A stretch of DNA of 57,067 bases from Elusimicrobiota bacterium (GCA_043802785.1 JAZDKR010000012.1:1-57067); one strand, 5' to 3'. Counted from the first letter of the stretch, positions 1 through 9,585 are shown. Notes: a model not told the origin generated them from the sequence alone. Made by a program: numbers and translations.

Positions 1-136
1 CATTTGATGAAAACATTGTTCGGTACAGTGTTGGTGCGTCATCAAGTATAGCACGCCCTGCATTACCAAAACAAATTGAACCACCATACACATCAAATTT
101 CGTCTGCGGATTCGTCGTCCCAATACCGACATTGCC
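1..136. repeat. Intragenic direct repeat, copy A (identical to 1108-1243)
   Basis: 136 nt identical by eye; offset 1107 nt = 369 codons, so in frame. Truncated by the window edge. Confidence 0.95.
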
Positions 137-1873
137 GGATATTAAATCACCGTAAATTGCATTGCCGATATTAAGACGATTAGAAGAATCTGGTGCAGGT
201 GCGTCAACACCATAACCAATAATTATGTTTCTTCCGCCTGTTGTAAGAGTGTATCCTGACTGCCAACCTAATAATATATTGTCACTACCTGTTGTGAGAC
301 CACTACCTGCTGCATAACCCACGATAGTAGAACTGGAAAATGAAAAACCGTTACTACCATAACCTGCATAACTACCTACCAGTGTATTTTGACTGCCAAT
401 TTGAGTAAAATTGCCTGCCCGATTGCCTATGAAGATGTTGTAGTTACCAGTGGTGTTTGAATGTCCCGCAGAAACACCCAAAAAGGTGTTGCCATCCGCC
501 GTGCTATTGTAACCAGCCCGGTTGCCCAAGAAGGTGTTGTAACTACCAGTGGCGCCAAGTTGTCCCGCCTGATAGCCAAAAAAGGAATTGTAGACACCAG
601 TGTTCCTTTCGCCCGCCTGAGTGCCAACAAGTGAGTTGGCGTAACCGACACTGTTTGTATACCCAGCACGATATCCCAAAAAGGTATTGCGGCTAGCATC
701 AGCATCAGCAATATTGTATCCCGCCTGATAGCCAACAAAGGTATTTAGTACCGCAGTATTGTTTAAACCCGCCTGATAACCAACAAATGTTCCACTACTT
801 ATATTGTCAAAATTAATGAGATTAGCAACTTGCAGTGTATTGTTTGGATTCGTCGTCCCGATGCCAACATTGCCATTTACAACAACCAAAGTTGACCCAC
901 CAACGGAAAATCCTGATGCAGTAACTGTTACAGAACTACTAAATGTCTTTGACCCTGTAACCTCTTCATTCACATTACCTGTCCTGCGAACAAAATCTAG
1001 GGAATCTAACCCATCTAATTTATCCGCATTCGCTGACCCTGTAATATTGGTTAATCCAGAACCATCACCGTAATATCTCGCCGCAGATGAATAGCCAACA
1101 ATATATACATTTGATGAAAACATTGTTCGGTACAGTGTTGGTGCGTCATCAAGTATAGCACGCCCTGCATTACCAAAACAAATTGAACCACCATACACAT
1201 CAAATTTCGTCTGCGGATTCGTCGTCCCAATACCGACATTGCCTTCTTTTTTTACTACAAACAATTCTTGCCCTGATAATGTGCCACTGCTTACTACCAA
1301 CACACTCAGTCCAGCAGTAGCCGTGCTTATCCTGACGGTGCCTTTATCATATGATATGCCTGTTGCTGTATCAGACCATTTACTGAATGTTGCAGGAATA
1401 CCACCCTGTCTTAACTGCCCAGTCAAATTTATATCTCCATTTACATCCAATTTATATGCAGGATTTATCAGCCCGATACCAACATTGCCCGCTGCTGTTG
1501 ATAATAACACCCCTGAACTTACTACAAGCGCATAATTATTACCCGTATATTGAATTGTTGTTGAACCCATGATAACAGTGTTGCCATTAGAGTCAATCGT
1601 GACAACATTGTTGGGAACCGAATTTTGGATGCAAAACCTGCTCGTACCACCGGCATCGTTCAGTTTCGCTTTGATGTCGTCAGCGGCGTAAAGATTTGTA
1701 GTCGCCTGATTGAGCAGGCAAAAAAGTGTAAAGTGCAAAGTGTAAAATAACAGTGTAAGGTGTAATGTGTAAGATGTAATGTAAGAGACAAACTTTTTAC
1801 TTCCAACTTCTAACTTCGTACTTCTAACTGCCTTAATGCTTCTTGCTTTTCGCTTCTTGCTTGTTGATAACAT
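1..1873 (-). CDS. Large secreted/surface fibre-like protein with GNVGIGTTNP and NTFxGYxAG repeats; 3' end runs off the window
   Basis: Manual translation from ATG at 1873 stays open to position 1 (MLSTSKKRK...TNLYAADDIKAK...GNVGIGTTNPQTKFDVYGG...NTFVGYQAGYN...). Missed by the ORF track because there is no stop in the window. Repeats are typical of trimeric beta-helix / tail-fibre-like surface proteins. Confidence 0.85.
   Translation of the reverse strand, partial: MLSTSKKRKARSIKAVRSTKLEVGSKKFVSYITSYTLHLTLLFYTLHFTLFCLLNQATTNLYAADDIKAKLNDAGGTSRFCIQNSVPNNVVTIDSNGNTVIMGSTTIQYTGNNYALVVSSGVLLSTAAGNVGIGLINPAYKLDVNGDINLTGQLRQGGIPATFSKWSDTATGISYDKGTVRISTATAGLSVLVVSSGTLSGQELFVVKKEGNVGIGTTNPQTKFDVYGGSICFGNAGRAILDDAPTLYRTMFSSNVYIVGYSSAARYYGDGSGLTNITGSANADKLDGLDSLDFVRRTGNVNEEVTGSKTFSSSVTVTASGFSVGGSTLVVVNGNVGIGTTNPNNTLQVANLINFDNISSGTFVGYQAGLNNTAVLNTFVGYQAGYNIADADASRNTFLGYRAGYTNSVGYANSLVGTQAGERNTGVYNSFFGYQAGQLGATGSYNTFLGNRAGYNSTADGNTFLGVSAGHSNTTGNYNIFIGNRAGNFTQIGSQNTLVGSYAGYGSNGFSFSSSTIVGYAAGSGLTTGSDNILLGWQSGYTLTTGGRNIIIGYGVDAPAPDSSNRLNIGNAIYGDLISGNVGIGTTNPQTKFDVYGGSICFGNAGRAILDDAPTLYRTMFSSN
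1108..1243. repeat. Intragenic direct repeat, copy B
   Basis: Identical to 1-136; encodes GNVGIGTTNPQTKFDVYGGSICFGNAGRAILDDAPTLYRTMFSSN. Confidence 0.95.
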
Positions 1874-1903
1874 AACCAACCCCCCATAACGACAAACGAG
1901 ACA

Positions 1904-3115
1904 CTACATGAGTCCGAAACCACTATGCAAAACTCTTACCGCTTTATCGGTATCTCTGTTTGATATAACGCAAGAAATTTTTATCTCGGAAGTAGATATC
2001 ATCTGTATGTTTATTCCGTTATCAGCAAGTATTTTGAACATTTTCGCTGCTACGCCGGGATGGCTACGCATTCCAATTCCCACTATTGAAACCTTGGCAA
2101 CATTTTCGTCAAAAATAATCGTGCCACCACCTAATTTTCTGGAAATATTTGACAATAACGAAACGGCAACTTTAAGGTCGTTTTTTGAGACGGTAAATGA
2201 AATATCGTTGTATTTTTCACTGGCAGCCGACTGAATTATCATATCAACATTTATATTTTTCTTTGCAAGTGCGCCGAAAATTTTTGCAGCAATTCCCGGC
2301 TTATCCGGAACATCCGTAATTGAAAGTTTTGATTCGTTTTTATCAAACGCCACACCTGACACAACAACATTCTCCATTTTGGCAACCTCCTTCATAATAA
2401 GTGTGCCTTTTTCTTGCGAAAAACTGGATCGGACATTTATTACAACATTGTATTTTTTTGCTACTTCAATAGAGCGAGACATCATCACCTGACTTCCTAC
2501 TCCTGCAAGTTCTAACATTTCATCATATGAAAGCATATCAAGTTTTTTGGCATCTGTTACGACACGCGGGTCGGCAGTATAAACACCCTTTACATCGGTA
2601 TAAATCTCGCACTCTGTCGCTTTAAGCGCTGCCGCGAGAGCAACAGCAGTTAAGTCGCTACCGCCTCTTCCGAGCGTTGTTATATCATCGTTAGGATTTA
2701 TTCCCTGAAAGCCGGCAACTATAACAATTTTATTTTTTTTCAATTCGTCTATAATTTTTTTTGGCTTTATTTTTTTAATTTTTGCTTTTGTGTGAACGCT
2801 ATCGGAATAAATTCCCGCTTGAGGACCTGTTAAAGAAATTGCATCAAAGCCATTTGATTTTATCGCCATCGTAAGAAGCGCTATTGATTGCATTTCGCCG
2901 GTCGCAAGAAGCATATCCATCTCTCTCGGGTCAGGCATCTCCGTAATACTTCTGGCCCTTTCTATTAAGTCATCTGTCATATCGCCCGGGGCAGATACAA
3001 CAACGACAACTCGTCTGTGGCGGGCTTTTTGTACTACCCGTGCGGCAACATTTTTTATTTTTTCTGATGTTGCCACCGACGACCCACCAAATTTCATTAC
3101 GACAAGATTATCCAT
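1904..3115 (-). CDS. lysC: Aspartate kinase
   Basis: VMKFGGSSV, TTLGRGGSDLTA, YTDVKGVYTADPR motifs; C-terminal ACT domains. Confidence 0.97.
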   Translation of the reverse strand: MDNLVVMKFGGSSVATSEKIKNVAARVVQKARHRRVVVVVSAPGDMTDDLIERARSITEMPDPREMDMLLATGEMQSIALLTMAIKSNGFDAISLTGPQAGIYSDSVHTKAKIKKIKPKKIIDELKKNKIVIVAGFQGINPNDDITTLGRGGSDLTAVALAAALKATECEIYTDVKGVYTADPRVVTDAKKLDMLSYDEMLELAGVGSQVMMSRSIEVAKKYNVVINVRSSFSQEKGTLIMKEVAKMENVVVSGVAFDKNESKLSITDVPDKPGIAAKIFGALAKKNINVDMIIQSAASEKYNDISFTVSKNDLKVAVSLLSNISRKLGGGTIIFDENVAKVSIVGIGMRSHPGVAAKMFKILADNGINIQMISTSEIKISCVISNRDTDKAVRVLHSGFGLM

Positions 3116-3123
3116 ATTTAAAC

Positions 3124-3176
3124 CAGAGATTTGGAAATTAGGAGATTGGGATATTAGGAAAAGTCAAAATCCTAAT
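3124..3176. repeat. Half copy of the GAGATTRGG/CCTAATCTC palindromic element family
   Basis: Minus strand AATTAGGATTTTGACTTTTCCTAATATCCCAATCTCC matches 44502-44538; includes the MTase TAG stop. Confidence 0.75.
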
Positions 3177-4164
3177 TAAAATTAAAATCAAACAAATCTT
3201 TATTTGTGATTTTTTCAACATTATTATTTATGTAATCCCTTAATGGTGTCATAATTTTTAAATTCTCTTTAAGAAATATCGGGGTAAAATCTATCTGTGT
3301 AATATCCTCGGGTATATAAAAATACTCTTTCAAATGTTCCCAATCTTTATCTCTCAATGTAGCAACCTTCCCTAAATAAATACTTGCCCATATCTTGCCT
3401 AATTTCGAATTTGATTTTTCTTTTAATAATTTGTTTTTAGCAATTTCAACATAGTTATTATCCAATTCAAATCCTACATAATTCCTACCCAATCTTTTTG
3501 ATGCAATCGCAGTTGTTCCAGTCCCAGCAAATGGATCTAAAACTATATCGTCTTCATCCGTTGACATCAAAACAATACGCTCCAACAAATGAAGAGGCAA
3601 TTGACAAGGATGTTCATCTCTAAATTTATTATGTTTTATTCTGTAAATATCAGACCACACATCAGACACTAAAGGACCAAACGGATGTAAAAGAGATTTT
3701 TTTCCACCATAATCTTTCATCAAATAACTACTTTTTCTTTCTCTTTTATGTGGACATCTTATTTCATAAAATTTTAACTTACTTTTTTCTTTTGCATAAA
3801 ATAAAATCCCATAATGTGCCGGTTGTAATGTCTTTCCCATAGGTGCAGTAGATGCGTTCCAGCAAATCCAATGTTTGAAGTCCGCAATTTTATTTAAGTA
3901 CACAGAATAGTAAGTCAACCATTTGGGTATATTATGTATAAATATTGACCCTGTTGATTTAGTAATCCTGACCATTTCAGAGACCCATTGTTCACACCAA
4001 TTTAGATATTCCTGAAACTCTAAACTATCCCTATAACCATTGTATTTTTTTTTCAAATTAAAAGGAGGATCAGCAAATGTCATATCAATACTATTGTCAG
4101 GAATAGTTTTTAATAATTCCAAACAATCGCCTTGAACAATATGATTTAAATATTTTTTTATCAT
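3172..4164 (-). CDS. DNA amino-methyltransferase (N4/N6, beta class), R-M system 1
   Basis: DPPF catalytic motif N-terminal; HPCQLP; VLDPFAGTGTT SAM-binding motif. Confidence 0.93.
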   Translation of the reverse strand: MIKKYLNHIVQGDCLELLKTIPDNSIDMTFADPPFNLKKKYNGYRDSLEFQEYLNWCEQWVSEMVRITKSTGSIFIHNIPKWLTYYSVYLNKIADFKHWICWNASTAPMGKTLQPAHYGILFYAKEKSKLKFYEIRCPHKRERKSSYLMKDYGGKKSLLHPFGPLVSDVWSDIYRIKHNKFRDEHPCQLPLHLLERIVLMSTDEDDIVLDPFAGTGTTAIASKRLGRNYVGFELDNNYVEIAKNKLLKEKSNSKLGKIWASIYLGKVATLRDKDWEHLKEYFYIPEDITQIDFTPIFLKENLKIMTPLRDYINNNVEKITNKDLFDFNFN

Positions 4165-4166
4165 TT

Positions 4167-5150
4167 TTATAAATTGAATGCTTTAAGCAAAAAATTTTGG
4201 AATCGTTCTAATTCGGATTTATGAAACGTAAAAACTTCGTCATATGCAGAGACCATCCTCTGTAAATCGCCTTTTCGTACATACCAACCAATTCCGTCAA
4301 CAAAACCAATAAATTTTGCTTTCGGATAATATTTCTTTATCAAACCATTAATATTCCCTTCGGTTTTAGATTTATCTCCTTGACCTGAAGATGTGGTAAC
4401 AAGAAATGAACTTTCAATAATAATTTTAGGTTTTTTCTTATTCGGAATGATAAAATCCATTGTACGCTTTGCGACTTTTTCATTTTTCAGTAGTTCTGTC
4501 AAATCGCCTTTTTCAAAAGTTAAATTTAAATCTTTTAGAATATTTTCCAACAAAAATTCCGGATTATTTTCCGCTTTACCGGAATATGAACCCTTTTCTT
4601 TATACCTTACAAGAGTATCAATCATTGCGGGAATATCAAATTTTAATTTTGATATACTTAATTTTTTAAGTTCAAATAACGGAAGTGTATCGGCAAGGAA
4701 AGGAATGGTAGAACCTTCAAAAAATATATTAACTATTCCTTTTCTAAAATAGGAATTTTCAGCGACTAATTTTGTAATTTTTGTGTCCGACCATTCTTTA
4801 ATCTCGGTGAGTTTTTCTTCTTCAATCCACCTTTCCCTATAAACTAATTTCGATAACTCCGGATTTTTAATAACTCTACTGATTGTAATCAATCTTTTTA
4901 AGTTTTCATTTGAAAAACCTGTTAAAGCAAGTAAACATCTCAATCCGTTAGATTTGTTTTCAAGCAATCTTTCAAAAATTTCTTTTTTTATTCCTTCGGT
5001 TTCAAGTTGATTTTTTAGAACAAGCAATGTCTCAGTGAGAGAATTAATATAACTTTCATACTTTTCCTGAAAAACAGGATTATAAAAATAGAAAGTATTT
5101 TTTTCAATTACCGTTTTAAATTTTTTATCATTGATTGAAAGTAACTTCAC
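4167..5150 (-). CDS. Type II restriction endonuclease, DpnII/MboI-like PD-(D/E)xK fold
   Basis: MDFII...IIIESSF...FIGFVDGIGW resembles DpnII-family motifs; adjacent MTase. GTG at 5150 overlaps the thrB TGA (ORF track starts at 5162). Confidence 0.75.
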   Translation of the reverse strand: MKLLSINDKKFKTVIEKNTFYFYNPVFQEKYESYINSLTETLLVLKNQLETEGIKKEIFERLLENKSNGLRCLLALTGFSNENLKRLITISRVIKNPELSKLVYRERWIEEEKLTEIKEWSDTKITKLVAENSYFRKGIVNIFFEGSTIPFLADTLPLFELKKLSISKLKFDIPAMIDTLVRYKEKGSYSGKAENNPEFLLENILKDLNLTFEKGDLTELLKNEKVAKRTMDFIIPNKKKPKIIIESSFLVTTSSGQGDKSKTEGNINGLIKKYYPKAKFIGFVDGIGWYVRKGDLQRMVSAYDEVFTFHKSELERFQNFLLKAFNL

Positions 5151-6070
5151 TCTTGCCTCCAAGCAACTCTTATCCCTTCGTTATCAAAATCGCAGACGAT
5201 ATACTTTGATTTTATGTTGTGTTTGTAAAATGCTTTCTGCATCGATTGACCGATCTTCGTTGCTGACCGCTGACCGCTGACAGCTAAAATTGTTGGACCG
5301 CTTCCCGAAATACAAACACCATATGCACCGGATTTTTTTGCAGAGTTAAAAACATCATCCATACCGGGAATAAGTTTTTTTCTATATGGCTGATGGAGTT
5401 TGTCGTCCATCGCAATTGAAAGCAAATCGTATTTTTTCTGAATAATTGCCGATACAAAAAGCGCAACCCTACTTGAATTGAAAACTGCATCTTTGTGCGA
5501 AACCATCTTCGGCAAAATATCTCTTGCCTTACTCGTTGATAATTCAAAATCCGGAATACACAAAACAGCTTTTAATTCCGATGGAATGTTTATTTTCGTG
5601 TATTTTACATTTTTTCCGTCAAAATTGCAAATGCACAACCCACCAAAAAACGAAGGCACGACATTATCCGGATGACCTTCAAGTTGTGAAACAATCTGAA
5701 TAATTTCATCTCCCGAAAGTTTTCCACCACAAATTTCATTAGCAGCAACTATCCCACCCAGACGGGCAGCAGCGGAGCTTCCGAGTCCTCTTGCCAAAGG
5801 AATGTTATTTATTAACTGCATGTGTAAAGTGTAAGGTGTAAAGTGTAAAGTATTAAAAACCTTTTTCATTGTCTGCCAAACGATATTTTTTCCGTCTCTC
5901 GGAAGCGTTTCCACCCCCTCTCCTACAATCTCAATTTTTAATTCTGAATTCTTAATTCTGAATTCTGACACTTCTATCTCGTTGTATAATTTTAACGATG
6001 CACCGAGCACATCAAACCCGCTGCCGAAGTTCGCCGTCGTCGCCGGAATCTTAATTTTTATTTTTTTCAT
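5147..6070 (-). CDS. thrB: Homoserine kinase
   Basis: PATTANFGSGFD, IPLARGLGSSAA (GHMP), EGHPDN, SGSGPT motifs. Confidence 0.96.
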   Translation of the reverse strand: MKKIKIKIPATTANFGSGFDVLGASLKLYNEIEVSEFRIKNSELKIEIVGEGVETLPRDGKNIVWQTMKKVFNTLHFTPYTLHMQLINNIPLARGLGSSAAARLGGIVAANEICGGKLSGDEIIQIVSQLEGHPDNVVPSFFGGLCICNFDGKNVKYTKINIPSELKAVLCIPDFELSTSKARDILPKMVSHKDAVFNSSRVALFVSAIIQKKYDLLSIAMDDKLHQPYRKKLIPGMDDVFNSAKKSGAYGVCISGSGPTILAVSGQRSATKIGQSMQKAFYKHNIKSKYIVCDFDNEGIRVAWRQE

Positions 6071-6087
6071 AGTTACACTCTACGCCC

Positions 6088-6183
6088 TCAATAATTCTCA
6101 CACAAAAGTTCGTAATACGCCATCGGATGAGCACATGCAGGACACTCTTCGGGAGCAGATTCACATTCATGGACATATCCACA
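6088..6183 (-). pseudogene. 3' fragment of rubrerythrin (rubredoxin-like domain)
   Basis: Translates CGYVHECESAPEECPACAHPMAYYELLCENY*, matching the rubrerythrin C-terminus; no N-terminal part. Confidence 0.8.
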
Positions 6184-6210
6184 ATGATATCCATTATTAT
6201 CTATTACTTT

Positions 6211-6483
6211 TTAGATTTTTTTGTAAATATCCCCACGTGGAAGAATTAGTATAATATGAATTATTCTTTCCTTAGGTTCTATCCAATAAACAGATCTCAA
6301 CCAGGCATTTTCAATCCTGTATAAACCAGTATGCCCTTTCAATTGTTTTATCTTCCCAGGATAGTAAAAGGGATTCTCTTCTAATAGTGTGAAATCCTCT
6401 GACAATGCCTTCCTTGTCTTCTCTACACATTTTTTGTAGTATTTACTTGCTTTTTTGTGTAGACGAACTTCAAATTTTAGCAT
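6211..6483 (-). CDS. RelE/ParE-family toxin
   Basis: 90 aa, basic; IKQLKG.TGLYRI...LR.VY.I......I..I.PRGDIYK pattern; overlaps the antitoxin stop. Confidence 0.85.
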   Translation of the reverse strand: MLKFEVRLHKKASKYYKKCVEKTRKALSEDFTLLEENPFYYPGKIKQLKGHTGLYRIENAWLRSVYWIEPKERIIHIILILPRGDIYKKI

Positions 6484-6727
6484 ATTTCACTTTTCTCCAA
6501 TTAGTTCCTCTTTCCTTATATGACTCTGTTAATGCTTCTTCAATCATTGCCCATTCTTTAATAGTAAATTCATCTTCTATTCTTTCAACAATAGATTCTC
6601 TTACTATCTCAGAAATACTTTTGTATTGTCTGTGAGCAACATCGTTAAGATAATTATAAAGCACCCCAGGGACCCTTACGCCAACGATTCTTTCTTTGCT
6701 ATCAGTTTTAACTGTGCAAGTAGACAT
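6470..6727 (-). CDS. Ribbon-helix-helix antitoxin
   Basis: VGVRVP...L..VA....KSISEIVRESI RHH pattern; AAGGAGG RBS before ATG 6727; upstream of the toxin. Confidence 0.8.
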   Translation of the reverse strand: MSTCTVKTDSKERIVGVRVPGVLYNYLNDVAHRQYKSISEIVRESIVERIEDEFTIKEWAMIEEALTESYKERGTNWRKVKYAKI

Positions 6728-6750
6728 ATTCAACCTCCTTTGTTATACAT

Positions 6751-6779
6751 ATTATAACAAAACAAAACAGTTTTGTCAA
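6751..6779 (-). promoter_or_regulatory. Consensus sigma70 promoter of the TA operon
   Basis: TTGACA-17 nt-TATAAT on the minus strand. Confidence 0.85.
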
Positions 6780-6811
6780 GTACTTTTTTTATTTTTTCAT
6801 TTTTATACCAA

Positions 6812-7639
6812 CTAAATATCAGTTTGGAATACTTTAAAATACCCGTTTAGTAAATGTTTGATTTTGAAATTCTTAATTGTTTGAAAATCACGGTCAAAAA
6901 CTATTTTTAGTTTTTTCATATACTCCATTTCGTCCGCATTGTCATGCAAAGGCAGTAGAAAATTTAGTGTGTTATCTCCGATTTCAGGATATTTTTTACT
7001 ATTTAAGATATTCCCTTCCACTTTAACTTCTGTCATAATACGAAAACGTAGTTTTACAGATGCTTTATCAACATTTCTTACTCTGCTAAAATTTTCTTGT
7101 TGTGAAAAAATTGAAAGTAATTTCTTTTTCCACTCGTCAGAAATTTGCTCGTCGATTTCTTTTAACCTTTCTTCCAAAACCTGCCCAAAAGATTGTTGAA
7201 TTAGTTCATCAATTTTTAGTGTTTCAAAAAAACTTCCATGGACTAAACATACCTTAATTTTTCCGTTATGTTTCCCTCTAATAAGATAAAATACATCTCT
7301 TGTCGGTAATGATAAAATATTATTACCCGCATTTTCCATTTGTTGTTTTATGATGCTATTTTCGCTTGTAACAATTTTCGCGATTTCTTTTTTACCTGTG
7401 GGAATTGTTGAATTAAAGGAAGACACTGTATATGAATCCGAATCTTTTAATTCAATCAATTCACCGCCCGTGAAAAGAGATTTGTCTGAATTTAATCTTA
7501 TAGCCATATCCGGGAATACGCCATCATTCCTACAAGAAAGCATTTTTTTATCAAAAGGGAAATTTCCTAATTTTTTGATTTTTACAAAAGATTCCCTGTT
7601 ATCGCATAAATTCTTAAAAAAATGATAAATTGAGTTCAT
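6812..7639 (-). CDS. Probable type II restriction endonuclease, R-M system 2
   Basis: FPDMAI...GGELIELK PD-(D/E)xK signature; directly downstream of an MTase. Confidence 0.65.
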   Translation of the reverse strand: MNSIYHFFKNLCDNRESFVKIKKLGNFPFDKKMLSCRNDGVFPDMAIRLNSDKSLFTGGELIELKDSDSYTVSSFNSTIPTGKKEIAKIVTSENSIIKQQMENAGNNILSLPTRDVFYLIRGKHNGKIKVCLVHGSFFETLKIDELIQQSFGQVLEERLKEIDEQISDEWKKKLLSIFSQQENFSRVRNVDKASVKLRFRIMTEVKVEGNILNSKKYPEIGDNTLNFLLPLHDNADEMEYMKKLKIVFDRDFQTIKNFKIKHLLNGYFKVFQTDI

Positions 7640-7642
7640 AAA

Positions 7643-8650
7643 TTATTTAAACAATGCTATTTGTTGAAATTTAGTATTAAATGATTCTCTTCCTTGTTCT
7701 GTTTCAGTTTCTGTTCCCCAGATTTTATCTAAATTTTCAGTACATTTATAGTCCTTATAATATTTTTCAATGTCGTCACTTCTTTTTATTTTTCTTAATC
7801 TATTTTCAATACATTTTACATTTTCTGGATCTACCTCTATACCAATTGCCTTTCTATTTAATTGAGAAGCAACAACTAATGTGGTCCCCGTCCCGGCAAA
7901 AGGGTCCAAAACAACATCATCCACATTCGTTGAAGATAGTATAATTCGTAATAATAACGCCATGGGAGATTGTTGTTTATGAAACCTTGTGCCGTCGGTC
8001 TTTTTAATCGCCTCATCACCTGCAAAATATCCAGAAGTTAATTCTCTTATATCATCCAACACATCAGTAACATATAAACCATTTTCTCGTTCGTATTTAT
8101 ATCCCGATGGAAGCGGCGGAGAAATTCTCAAACGATTAAAGAACCTCGGCTTTTTGCCTTTGGTAGCAAAAGCAATAATTTGATATTGTTTGCTAAATTT
8201 ATTGCAACACGGAACGGCAGAAGTTTTCTTTTTCCAGACAATCAGATTATGCAATGTCCATCCAGTTTTACAAAGACAATGCAATACAAATTCCGCATTT
8301 TTTTCCCGCTGCATAAAATAAACTGCGCCGCCGTCAACAGTTTTGTTGTATGTATTTGATAATACTTCCGTCATAAAATCCCAATATTCGCTATCAGGTA
8401 AAGAGTCATCAAAAAATTTATATTCTTTACCTTGATTGAATGGTGGGTCCAAAAAAGTCAGATGAACTTTGGTTCCGCTATCTCTCTTCAACCAATCAAG
8501 ACATTTGCAATTGTAAATAGTCGCATTCTCTCTAATTTCAATTATTTTTTCTTGTTCTGGCAAGTAATCAATTTTTGTTTTTTCATGAAAACATTTGGAA
8601 TATTTTTTTGGTTTATAGATTTTATTCTGATTTTCACTTTTAATTTTCAT
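7643..8650 (-). CDS. DNA amino-methyltransferase (beta class), R-M system 2
   Basis: FLDPPF; VLDPFAGTGTT. Confidence 0.93.
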   Translation of the reverse strand: MKIKSENQNKIYKPKKYSKCFHEKTKIDYLPEQEKIIEIRENATIYNCKCLDWLKRDSGTKVHLTFLDPPFNQGKEYKFFDDSLPDSEYWDFMTEVLSNTYNKTVDGGAVYFMQREKNAEFVLHCLCKTGWTLHNLIVWKKKTSAVPCCNKFSKQYQIIAFATKGKKPRFFNRLRISPPLPSGYKYERENGLYVTDVLDDIRELTSGYFAGDEAIKKTDGTRFHKQQSPMALLLRIILSSTNVDDVVLDPFAGTGTTLVVASQLNRKAIGIEVDPENVKCIENRLRKIKRSDDIEKYYKDYKCTENLDKIWGTETETEQGRESFNTKFQQIALFK

Positions 8651-8685
8651 AATTGAAATACTTGTAATGTACTATTTTATTTCTA

Positions 8686-9585
8686 TTATTTATGAAGTAA
8701 TACTACAAAACAAGGGACTTTATAATTTTTTTCACCTTGAATTTTGTGCTTAAAGGGAAAATTAATCTCAATTGGTTTGTTCAAATTTGCATTGTTAATT
8801 ATTTCTCTGATTTTCTGTATTGATACATCTTCATCTATATAAACTACGAGCAATCTGGGATCTGCTCCGAATCTTCCTTCATCTTGATATTGGTAAAGAT
8901 ATTTTGCCACAAGAGAAGGATTCTTTATTGCTTCTTCACGCCACTTATCCTTAAAATGATTTTTGAATTGGTTTGTTGGGCTCTTCGCAACTTTTTGGTC
9001 AAAAGAAATTCCATCAATAAAAAAATCAACACCCTTTCTATGACTAAGGGTTGGCAATATGTTTTGGTTTTTTTCAAAAATTAACGTTTCAATAAAATCA
9101 TTTCTGACGGTGTTTATCTCTTTTATTCTCCGATATTTCACCGCTGCAATTTTTACTTTTTCGTCTTTTACCAATCCTGTGGATTTTTCCGAATTTATTC
9201 TTTGAACAAAACCGTCAAAATCACCTTGAGAAAACGGCCATTCAATTTTCCCCATATTCAATGTCTCCCACTCTTTTACTAGAAAATCCATTACGGCGTT
9301 TGCCTCCTTGCCGTTTTTATATTTCTCCGTTTCTTTAAATAAACCCCTGATGATTTTTTTGCTTAATTCATAATCCCAGTTATCAACAACTATTTTCCAG
9401 ATATTATTAGAACCAATATCCGGCACAGACAAACCTTTGTTTTTTCCTCGATTAAGCGTCTTGAAATTCAAACCGCTAACAGATTTTTCCTTATTCAAAC
9501 GCAACAAATAAGCAAGAGCATTTTCCTTGCTTCCTAAAATCTTTCTTGCCAGATCATCAGATAATTTTGATTTTATGTATTCCAT
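8686..9585 (-). CDS. Probable restriction endonuclease, R-M system 3
   Basis: GVDFFIDGISFDQK resembles a PD-(D/E)xK site; in the same run as MTase 10144-11091. Confidence 0.55.
   Translation of the reverse strand: MEYIKSKLSDDLARKILGSKENALAYLLRLNKEKSVSGLNFKTLNRGKNKGLSVPDIGSNNIWKIVVDNWDYELSKKIIRGLFKETEKYKNGKEANAVMDFLVKEWETLNMGKIEWPFSQGDFDGFVQRINSEKSTGLVKDEKVKIAAVKYRRIKEINTVRNDFIETLIFEKNQNILPTLSHRKGVDFFIDGISFDQKVAKSPTNQFKNHFKDKWREEAIKNPSLVAKYLYQYQDEGRFGADPRLLVVYIDEDVSIQKIREIINNANLNKPIEINFPFKHKIQGEKNYKVPCFVVLLHK

Noticed and set aside
1-1243. 136-bp repeat as a DGR template/variable repeat pair
   Set aside because: Copies are identical with no adenine-specific mismatches, both are coding, and no reverse transcriptase is in the window.
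427-1572. Short ORF-track entries over the surface-protein gene, and similar antisense/alternate-frame ORFs over other genes
   Set aside because: Shadows of longer, motif-supported CDSs.
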